Assembly: GCA_043228905.1 (NCBI GenBank)
Contig: JBHGNT010000009.1
Location: forward strand, 15,562,001-15,626,000
DNA length: 64,000 nt
From: Azolla caroliniana
Lineage: Eukaryota > Plantae > Polypodiophyta
Direction: 5' to 3'
Shown: positions 48,655 to 59,198 of the stretch, in pieces
How positions within the stretch are numbered: position 1 is the first letter of the stretch
Layout of the letters: each line of letters begins with the position of its first letter
Position numbers and translations under genes: made by a program
Notes under the pieces: generated by a model
Database searches by the model: none
What the model saw: the letters and a program-made list of their open reading frames with translations, nothing else
Told to the model about the DNA's origin: nothing

Positions 48655-51600
48655 AAACTCCATCGACATGTATGTTGCCATCGACAAGTATAGTCGAAGT
48701 ATCATGGCAGGGAATGTCAAAGTCAATATGAAATACAAGATGATGGACAAGAAAGTAAAACCTATTGCTATTCCACTGCTTGAGGATAGGTGGCAAAGAA
48801 TGAAGGAAGTTGCACAGGATCCGAGAGGAATCAGACATACCTTCACTAAAGAGACCAGAGAAAAGCTTCGTGTTGGGAAAGATGAATTTCTCTTGCCAGA
48901 AGAGGAAGTCACATTTCGGGAAATGCTTGAAAGACATGGGAAAGCATTTGCTTTATATCCGAATGAAATCAGATGCGCCGATCCGAAGATAATAGAACCG
49001 ATGGTGATATTCACAATACCACATGTGTCGTGGAACCTAAAGCCTATATCAGTCCCAAGAGCACACATTCTGAAATTAATCAAGCTCTTGAAAGAGAAGG
49101 TTGAGATGGGAATTCTCAAGCCATCAAATGTTCCTTACTCGAATAGGTGGTTCACGGTACCAAAGAAGAATGGAACCTTAAGGTTCATACAAGATCTTCA
49201 ACCAATAAATAAAGTGACGATCCGCAATGTCGGGATCGGTCCAAGTATCGATGAGTTCGTAGAAGCATTTGCAGGAAGATCCATTTATTCTATTCGTGAT
49301 CTCTACTTAGGCTATGATCAGTTTCAACTAGCAGTCAACAGCAAAGACATCACAACAATGAGGACTCTGATTGGATTGGTATGGATGTGCACCATACCTC
49401 AAAGCGCAACCAACTCTATAGCACATATGGTAAATGCCATGAACAAAGTACTAAGAGACTGCATCCTAGATATTACAATGCCATTCCTCAATGATATCCC
49501 TATAAAAGGGTGCCCTGAATAAGAAAATGACGAGTCTTTAGATCAAGATGGATGTCGAAGATTTGTTTCAAACCATATTAAAGACTGCAAGAGAGTGCTA
49601 CAAAGACTAGAAGGAGCCGAGCTCACATTTTCCGGAGAAAAGTTGGCATTCGGCCATCGCAAGGTCCTAGTAGTGGGACATCTTTGTGGAGCATACGGAC
49701 GGAAACCCTCTCCTGAGAAGGTGAATACTATTCAAGAGATGCGAGAAGAATGTATATCCCAGACAGAGGTGCGAAGATTCTTAGGAGTGTGTGCCTTTTA
49801 TCATATTTGGATTTCGCACTACACTCATGTTGCTGAGCCATTATATGGATTGCTAAAGAAAAGAAAGAAGTTCGAATGGCGAGAGGAGCATACAAACGCG
49901 ATGCGAAGATTGAAGAAACTACTTCTTGAAGCTCCAACACTAAGAAAGGCCGACTATACTGAAGGAAAGCCGATTTATGTGACTATGGATACGAGCCCAA
50001 TTGGAATCGGGTGGGTCATAAATCAAGAAGGAGAAGATAGTGCACGACATGCTATCCGGTTTGGAGCAAAGGTCCTCAACGAACGACAACAAGGATATGC
50101 CCAAGTCAAGCGGGAACTTTGGGGCATTGTGTCTAAGGTGAAGGTAGACAAAGACTCCCTAATCGGGTCGGAAGTGATAATTGAGACGGATAGTCTCCCA
50201 ATCCTCAGGATGATCTCAGGGTGTGCGACACCAGATTTGGCTATGCTAAGGTGGATCGCCTATAACAAGTCTTTGAACCCAAAAATCCGCCACATTGCAG
50301 AAAAGAACAATGTCGTGGTTGACATGCTGTCAAGAGCAAGATTCAAGAATGAAAGTGACATGGTTAGGGAAGATGAAGACGTCACCCTCGACTTCTTCAA
50401 AACTGCCCGACTGTCGGCAGAAGACAAGGACACGCCAAACCTCCACTCCTTCAATGAGAACGAGGGAGAGGGTGAGTGGTTACTGATCGGTAGGTTCTTG
50501 AGAACAATGACGGCGGATGCTTCGTGGACGAAGGAGGAGGCTCTACGAATCCGGAAGAAAGCTTACCAATACTTTCTGAAGGGAGGGTTCCTCTGGCAGC
50601 ACCCAAAGAGAAGGACATGAATGCCACGTCAAGTAGTGGTGAAGAGAGAGTACCAAGCAATGCTGATGTCTGAATTCCATGAAAGTCCTTGGGCAGGTCA
50701 TACAGGAACATGGGTGACGTTTGAAAAGCCGAAGGAGAAGTACTGGTGGCCAAGCATGTACAAATATGTACTTCATTTTGTGTCCACATGCGAAAACTGT
50801 CAAATACATTTGAACATACGTCACCATGATGAGTTACGACCGACATATCCACATACCATACACTTCAAATGGATGGTGGATTTGGTCTCGATGCCAATGG
50901 GAGTGGGACAGATGAAGTACTTAGTACTGGCAAGAGAGGACCTGACAAATCAGGTAGAAGGACGAGCCTTGGCAAATAAGATGATGTCAGCCATTTGAAA
51001 ATTTCTACTCGAGGAGGACGTTTGCCGATATGGATGTGTAGGAAAGATAGTGGCTGACTGAGGGGAGTTGGATGCACGCGAAGCAATGGAGCTCTTCGAG
51101 TGACTAGGCGTGAAGCTCTCCCTCACGATTGCGTACAATCCAGAAGCAAATGGGAAGATCGAGTGAGGGCATGGAGCAATAGTCAAAGCCTTTGTACGAG
51201 CTTGTAAAGGTCAAGTCGGGAACTGGCCGCGACTATTGCCCTATGCCTTGTCGGCCGACAGAACTACGCACAGTCCTATGATAGGGTATATGCTAGCAGA
51301 GCTTATGTATGGGCAGAAACCGGTAATGCCCATCGAAAAGATGACCGCCTCTTGGGTAGTGATACCATCGAAAATATACCCATATGCCAAGTCCGAAATC
51401 TTGTCTTCAGACGCGTGGAAATCGTCGTTGCGAAGGGGGGATAATGTCATGAAGACATATTTTGGGTTACAGGGATTTGAACCCACAACTTCTTGGCCTA
51501 TGTGTTAAATACTTAACCATTATAATAGCATATATGATGTATTTGATAGTAGTCTCGAACATCAACACAAATCTATTCGAAAATTCTCTCACTGATGGTT

Positions 51601-51691
51601 TGGGCCGTATCAAGTGGTAGAAGTTCGACGAAATGGAACATATATTTTATCAGAATTTGATGGAACTCTTCTTCGAGTTCCAATTGTTGGT
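48655..51691 (+). mobile_element. Ty3/gypsy pol, lineage B (RT-RNase H-integrase), degenerate
   Basis: SNRWFTVPKKNGTLRFIQDLQP, DLYLGYDQF, PFLNDIPIKG, DTSPIGIGW, YAQVKRELWG and H-H-C-C zinc finger. Integrase tail GPYQVV...DGT resumes at about 51575. Confidence 0.9.
51460..51535 (-). repeat. tRNA-derived SINE-like or pseudo-tRNA head inside a non-coding insert in the integrase
   Basis: Minus strand has A box TATTATAATGG (51517-51527) and B box GGTTCAAATCC (51473-51483) at tRNA spacing. Confidence 0.5.
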
Positions 51692-51974
51692 TGATGAGAA
51701 TCAAACTCAACATCCCATGTGTGGGAACACACTCTAGGACACTCAGGTGTGTGAACACCCCACCTCCTTGTATAGTAACTTGTGTGTCATAGAAGTTAAT
51801 ATCCTATCACACATATTCTTTAAGTAGTTAAGGCACGACCTCTTTCCCAAGAGGTTGTTTCAGTGAGAGAACTTAGAGAGAAGGTGACTACATAAGCACC
51901 TTCTCCTTCTCTTTGTAATGTTGTTGGCTCATTCTTGCTAGTGTTAATACAATTTTCTGTATTTTCTTGTGTTG

Positions 51975-52012
<38 letters not shown>

Positions 52013-55000
52013 ACACACACACACACATCTCTTCTACTACACAAAATCATCACCGATTCTTTACATGGTATCAGAGCGCTTGATCCAAGCCCATTGTCTT
52101 CGCGTGTGTCATGTCTAATCTCGTGTTCACAGAGAACCGGCTGATCACTGTAGCAATGACCTGCACAATTCGAATCAGGAGAAGAAGTTCGACATGAACA
52201 CTCATATGGGAAGCACTCTTCTTATAGAGACACTCGATAGAAACAATTTTGCATCTTGGGAGTACAAGATGCATCAATACCTTATCGGGCAAGGCTATGT
52301 GAGTTATGTGAAAGGAGCAAACGAAAATCAACCCAACCCAAGACATGCCAACCATCCAGCTTGGGAGCAAGCAACGAGTCGGGTGTTGTATTGCCTTGCA
52401 TCATGCATCCATGATCATATGCTTGGCTATATCCAAGAGGCCAAAATGCCAAAAGATGCGTGGGGGAACCTCAAGAAGATTGTTAATCCTAGGGCTGGAC
52501 AACAGCCTAACACAAGGTGTCCACTTAAGACACTTCACCAAAGGGTGTTACGACAAGATGACTCACGACACAATGCTTAATTAGACCTTAATCGATTACT
52601 TAGCAACACATCATTAACACGTGTAAGATATAACAATGAGTACAGAACGGTAATCAATACTGAAAGATTAAGGCACATACTCTAATTTTGCTGTTTTTCT
52701 TTGGTACGACTACTATCGGGCTCAGCCATGTAGATTTCTTTACGGGTCGGATAAAGCCAACCCTTAGCAACTTGTCGATTTCTTCCTTGACTTTGGCGGC
52801 GTAGTTTGGATTCATCCGGTACCGTCGTTGTGCTACCGGTTTGGCGTCTTTGCTCAAATGTATCTGGTGCTGATATAGCTGAGGATCGAGCCCTCTCATA
52901 TCCTCGTAGGACCAGGCAAACACGTCCCGAAACTCTTTGAGAAGTGTAATCATCGCCGTTCTGTTCTCCGTAGTCATTTCCTTGGCTATCTGCACCGGTC
53001 TCGCCTCTTCTGTAGTTCCTAGATTGACCTCCTCTAGTTGGGATGCTTTAACCCGTTGTGATACGACCATTTCTCTTTCCAGCGCTTCTTGTGCTTGCCG
53101 TAGCTCCCGGATCGCTTCTTTATTTTGTTCTTCGTCCGCTCCGTCTGGTGGCAGTATGTATGGTGATACGGCTTCAGCTACGTCGATTTCGAACAAAGGT
53201 ACTATCTTCGGATTATCTTGCAAGTATTGATCCACCTCTTTGTCTGCTAATCCATCCAACATATTGACACATTCGGCATATAGGGGTGTCAATTCTTTCC
53301 CGGTACCCGTCCGTGGTTGTGTCGGTACCCGTACTTTTGCTTTTCCCCGCCGGAAGGTGACTATGTTCTTCCTCCAATTTTGTTTAATGTGCGCCATTTT
53401 TAGCCATGGCCGCCCCAACAATAGCGGGTACGCACCTTGTGCCTGTAATTGTAGCACTACTGCCGAGATGCGAAATGTGTTGCCGACTTCCAAATCTCGT
53501 ATCAAGCCGGTCGGTCGCACTGAGCTTGTATCCGCCATCCGTAGCCAGAACGGGCATGGTTCCCACTCTTGGATTCCCAAGGTTGTGCATGTTCGGAGGC
53601 TAATCACATTGACGCCGGATCCTCCATCTATTACTGTTCCGGGTAACTCCTTCCCCTTCACGATGGCTGTGATCGCCGGACTGTTTGTGTCTACCACCGC
53701 CGGTCCCTCCTCCAGATTTGAGAAGAATGTTGGTGTTCGTGGTGTTTCTCCTGCCGTCATGCCTGTCTTGAGTCCTTCGGTGAATTTGGGCACAAGTTGC
53801 AGGAGCCGTCCTAATGGCAACGTGACTTGGCACTCCTGCAATGCCTGCCATGTCGCATTTTCGGTCTGATTGCTGCCGGCGAACTCTTCGGTGTTCTCCT
53901 TTTGCTGCGCAAGTTCTGCTACGTTTCGCTCATTTGCCTTTTTCACCCATTCCGTTGCTTGCTTCCGGATGGCCTCTTGTGTTTCCCATTCCGTCGTCTT
54001 GCCCTTCGACCTTGTGGTGACCTGCTATAGGTCTGCGACTTCGGCGACTATCATGTTTACTGTCGGTCGCTTATCATAGCTCTTTTCCGGACATTGATTA
54101 CTATAATGTTCTTCTTGCCGGCAATAATAGCAATATGCTTTCCGGGTATTGCTGGATTCGGCATTGTTTCCTGTACCCGGTGGAGGACCTTTGGTAACCA
54201 CGGGGCTTTGGTCCGGTTGGCTGCTTGAGGCACCTTTTTCTGGTTCACGTGGGTGGCTCCCTTTTTTGAAATGCCGTCTTTTATTAAAGTTCTTTTTGTT
54301 GCGGTACCCTTGACGGGGTTGGTCATCATATCTCTCGTAATCTTCCCGTCGTTGGTGATACCCGGGGGAGTGATCCCGGTTTTAATGCTCGTACCGTCCA
54401 TTGTAATCGCGGTACCTGTCATATCTCTCGTACCGGTCATAGTTGTTTCGTCGATCGCCGTACCAGACATCCTGTGCCGGTCGATCGTTCTTCTCACCGC
54501 CAACGTTCGTCTTCTTCGTCTCGGCTGCTACGTGGCTCGATTTGCCGGACTGGTGGTGCTTGCCGATTCAATAAGTTATATTCGCACCGGTCCATCATGT
54601 GGCTTTGAGATTGGCAGAGTAAGCAGTGCGTCCGCATGGTGCACTCCAGTGCCGAGTGTCCGGAATTCAAGCAGGTCGTGCATTGGATTGCTTCCCGGAA
54701 ATGGAGATCCTACTCGGTTGGTAACGCTCGTTGGAGGGCTCCCATTGTTAGCCAAGAGCTCGTTTTTTCCATTTCTCTAACCCGGTCGATGACCTGGTTG
54801 ACAGTGCTTGTGCGAAAGTCGATGACCGTGCATACCGTTCGTAGAGGTTCCCGGAGCGTGGCTAAAAATATAGCTCGTGTTTCTTCCTCCGGAGGTGCGC
54901 GGGTAAGCTGACTGTGCATCCGTTGAAACCGGATGACAAACTGCAGAATGCTCTCCCCGGGGTCTTGCCGGATGGTATAGAATAGGTCCACCATTTCTCT

Positions 55001-56540
55001 CTGGTCCACCTCCTTCTAAAAGAAGTGCAAGAATTTGTCTTTCAGGTTCGCAAAGGTGGTGATGGTGTTGGGGTCCTGTGTCCGGTGCCATCTGGCGGCC
55101 GGTCCTTCCAATGTCACGCCGAATTCGGCTATCTTAGATGGTTCCTCTTCGGCCGCGGTTAACCGTTGTGACACATGGTTCGCCTCCCACATTTGCTGAA
55201 ACGCGTGAACATGAGCCTCTGCGTCCGGGTCATCCCTATACTTGGAGTACTGGAATGGCATGTCGTTGTCCGGTGTCGGTACGCGGGCTGGCGGTGTCGG
55301 TGGTCTTTCCTTCTGTTCCGTCGGCGTCGGAGTTCTTTGCCGGTCTTCCCTTGGTGTTGCTGGCTCGACTTTCGGTGTCGGAGGTCTTTCTTTGTCTTCT
55401 TCCGTCTCCGGAGGTTGCTCCACGTCTAGTGCCAGAGATTCCCGGTCTGCCAACTCTGGTTCCGGTGTCGGTACTGTATCCGACTCCTCGTCCTCCGGTC
55501 CTCCTGGGGTGTCGTTACTGCTGCGATAGTTTGTGTGCGCGCTGTAACCCCCTTTCGAATCCGATTCCAACGCTGAAAATGCTTCGGATTCACCGTCTCT
55601 TCTGGCCAAGGCCTGGAGAAGGGATTCCACTTCCCGGAGGCTGCTTAAGCTGCTTCCTTCGTCCGGGTAAGCGTCTTGTTGCAAACGGAGCGACCCCTCC
55701 GCCACTTTCCGGATCACTTTGGAAAATGATCGATTCGATCGGATTTCTTCCGCTGCTTGCTGGAAAGCCTCTCGCCGCCTTCGCCGTTCAGCAAGTCTTC
55801 GTGCTCTCTCCGTAACCAGGTTGTTTGTTGGCCTAGTCATCCATTCCCGCCGCTGTTCACTGCAATTGTGCAGGAATCGTGGTCGCCAAAAACTGTGTTA
55901 ATCCTAGGGCCGGACAACAGCCTAACACAGGGTGTCCACTTAAGACACTTCACCAAAGGGTGTTACGACAAGATGATTCACGACACAACGCTTAATTAGA
56001 CCTTAATCGATTACTTAGCAACACATCATTAACATGCGTAAGATATAACAATGAGTACAGAACGGCAATCAATACTGAAAGATTAAGGCAACAAGTTCTA
56101 TTAATGATCCTCTCTCGATTACATTGTAACCGGGCCTTTATATAGGTCTCCGGTGCGAAATACAAAACGGTGCCAACCGGCACCTTTTCGGGATCGGTCC
56201 GGATCCGGATCGGCATACCGATTCCGGTCCGTCCGTCCACTTCTTCTCATATATTAATATATATATTAAGACTACTAATTACAATAGTTCCCGAATAAAC
56301 TATTCCTTTTCACACTCTGGTTTGGACCTCCTTAAGCCTTCTTGCCAGCCGGTTACAAAGATATTCGCGGCGAACACAACCACATGAAAGCTTTAGCTCC
56401 ACCAAGAGTTAAAAAATATTCAACAGAGGGACATGTCCATGAAGATCAAGGAGCTATGCGACTCCCTCGGGTCAATCAATGTCAACATTGATGAAGAAGA
56501 AATGGTGTAGATATGCCTCGACGGCTTAGCACCACATTTC
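51692..56540 (+). mobile_element. Ty1/copia element (family A): 5' LTR 51692-52065 plus gag, truncated; hosts a gypsy insertion
   Basis: TTTACA then TGGTATCAGAGC at 52066-52077. Gag MNTHMGS...WGNLKKI resumes as IFAANTT at about 56363. Confidence 0.9.
52481..56357 (-). mobile_element. Internally deleted Ty3/gypsy element: 5' LTR 55896-56357, gag, PR and RT start joined to a partial 3' LTR (52481-52675)
   Basis: TSD AAGAT (52476-52480 / 56358-56362) and PBS TGGCGACCAC at 55879-55888. Protease VIDGGSGVN; RT WLSPIVVVPKKNSKIRVC runs straight into LTR sequence. Confidence 0.93.
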
Positions 56541-56561
56541 TCATTGATGAAGAAGAAATGG

Positions 56562-59198
56562 GATTCCGCCTGGCCCGCAACGTTCTCCTTGTGGTCCGCC
56601 GATAGCGTGGGCTCCTACGGATGGGGCTCCTCTTGGGCATCGGTTTCGTTGTCTGGTACTGTGGGGGACTCCGCTCGTCGGTCCGCGTTGTTCATCGTCG
56701 TTGGAATTTCTGGTGATCTGGCCTGAGGTTCCTCTTCTTCGGCCGTGCCTGGAATTGGCGTCCCGCTGGATTCCTCATTTGTTCGCGTGTTGCCGGCTTG
56801 TGTGATCTAGTGAAATAGCTCCTCCTGGCTTTCACCAAAATCATCTAAGAGCTGCGCGAATTCTTCGGAATGTTGGTCCGCTAGCGCATGATAGTCTTGC
56901 ACTAGGTCCTCGTGTATGGCTACAATGCTCTCCTCATTTAGTTTATAGAAACCTCGGCCATGTTTTCGCCGGTTCTCCCAGTCCGCACGATACGCGTGCA
57001 ATTTCGTTGCTTGGGTTGCCCATGCCATCCATCCTTTGTCCAACGCCGTTTTCAATTGCGCTGTGAACCTCTCCCGATTTGTTTGGAGAAGGATACGCAC
57101 GTTGTCTGTGATGGCTTGGCAACGGCTGCGTGCGTCCTCCATCGACTTCTTGAGGTTTGCAATTTCTTGCTGTCTAACCGTCACCGCTTCTTCGTACGTG
57201 GTCTGCAAGCCCGCCCACACCTGGGATTCCTTTGCATGTTGTTCTTCTAATTTCCCCATTTCATTGTTTAGGCGGATTTTGAGCTGATGCCTTCTTTCCT
57301 GTTCGACCACTAGCTGCTCGTCGAACCATACCTTCTTTTTCTCCAATAAGGCCTGGAGTCCCGCGATTGCCGCCTCTGATTTCTTCGCTTCATCCCGTAA
57401 TTTGGCGTTTTCGTCTTTTGTCCGGATGTGCTGAGCTACCTCCGTAGCGAGTTTCTCTTCAAGGGTTTTTACTGCCTTCCGACTGTTAGCCCAGATCTCC
57501 TTTTCTCTGTCTAAGGATTGGCGCAGTTCAGCTCAAAGGCGGTCAATTTCTGATTCCGCTAGTTGCATGGCCCTTTTCGCTTTTGAGGTGATGGCAGTCT
57601 GAGCCTCAATTTCTTCTTTTAAAGTGTTGATGGCGTGGATTGGTGGCGGAGTTGCGTGTTGCGCCGTAGTCGCGTTAGCTTCCAACTCCGCGATGCGTTC
57701 GTTGGCTTTTTGCAGCTCGGCTTGGGTCATTTTCAACTTCTTCTAGACATTCTTATTTTTAATGGCCATCTCCTTGGCGCCCGTGCTGACCTTTGCCAAC
57801 TCCCTATGGACTTCGACTAGGGCCCTGTTTAATGGGGGTAGCTCCATCCCCACTCGGCGTACACCGGCGTTCCTCTGTCTGCCGATCTTGGCTAGCCGGT
57901 CCTCATTGTCACTCTCCGTCGTTTGTGTTAGGGTGCGCTCGATCATCTAGCGCTCTGCGTGCTCCTCGGCCATTCGTTGGGAGGCCTTTATCTGTTGCGT
58001 TGCCAAGAATTCCATGAGCTCAAAAGAGGTTCCGAACTGTAAGAGGGTGCTGAACTCATGGGCCGTATCCGGGATATCTAGATATGCCAAAACCTCGCTT
58101 TCCGCCGTCAATATGGCTTTCCCTCATTGGGACTGGGTTGTGATGATATGTCGTGGCTCCCAGATGATTTTGAAGGTGGTATTGGGCTCCGTAGCTGTGG
58201 AGCCATCGCCTTCGGTCATTGTCTCTGCCGATGTGGGGACGTCTTTGACCAATCCCCGCCCATCTTTCCTGTCCAATCTACGCCGTTTCGGTCTGGGGCA
58301 ATCTTGCCGTGTTTCGGCGTCTGGCTCTAGGGCTGCTTCCGCGGAACGTGCCGGCTGTTCCTCCTGCGTTTTCCGTGTGTCTGGCTGGGCGGGTTGGGGT
58401 TCCTCTTCCCACTCTAGGGCAGCTAACTCCGTTAACCTGCGCTTCGCGGATCGGGGCGGGGGCGTGGGTCGGCTGGGCTGTGGTGCCGGCAAGCCTCGGG
58501 GTGGGAATAACACCGTAAGGTACCGTTGTATAATCGGCATGAGCTTTTTGCCTGCTTGATATGCATGCAAACCTTCCCTTAACGCCGGCCCTGTGATGAC
58601 CCCCCAATCGACCGCATGCCCTTCAAAGGTATCGATAATGATGCTCGCCTTCTGCTTGGGCATCCCATATGCGTTGACATGTACGCATCCGACCTCTAAC
58701 AAGAACTTGGCAACTTCATGGAAGAAGGGATCCGATATCTGTTTTGTTCTATAGGCCTTGGCGGGAGGAGGAATATGATCCGAAATATCTCTGCAGCGCC
58801 TCTACAGGAGGGATTTCAAAATGCCTTTCGCCTAGCGATGATAGGTCCAACTTTTTCCGGATGGAAGAGTTGGTGACCATGTCGATGTTAAGCTTTCTGG
58901 CGATGTCCATGGCATCCGGGTGTGGGGGTGCCTCTGCGACCCGGATGTACCCATCCAGGCATTTCTCCATGAGCCATCGGCGTAAGGCAGTAGAGATGAA
59001 GATCAACATCGCTAGAGTAGGTTCGTGGGGAGGAGACTAGTGGTTGCGGTGGGCTGGAGCTCTGTGATAGGATGGACGAGAAGGTGAGGAGGAGGAGCGA
59101 TGGGAGCGTTGACAGTTAGAAGGTGGGTTTCTGTTTTGTGCAGAAGATCTTCTATTTCCTTCTTTTTGTGGCTTAGGGTTCATTGGGCGATGAGCCAT
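56562..59198 (-). pseudogene. Extra 3' ORF (eORF) of the gypsy element: globular N-terminal region, long coiled coil and acidic Pro-rich tail
   Basis: Chain of same-strand ORF pieces at 59037-59240, 58749-59009, 58124-58702, 57743-57946, 57533-57736 and 56807-57346, downstream of the integrase stop at 59340. Confidence 0.75.

Noticed and set aside
52481-56357. DIRS/tyrosine-recombinase element with split repeats
   Set aside because: The repeats are ordinary direct LTRs with TG..CA ends and a 5-bp TSD, and relatives encode a DDE integrase.
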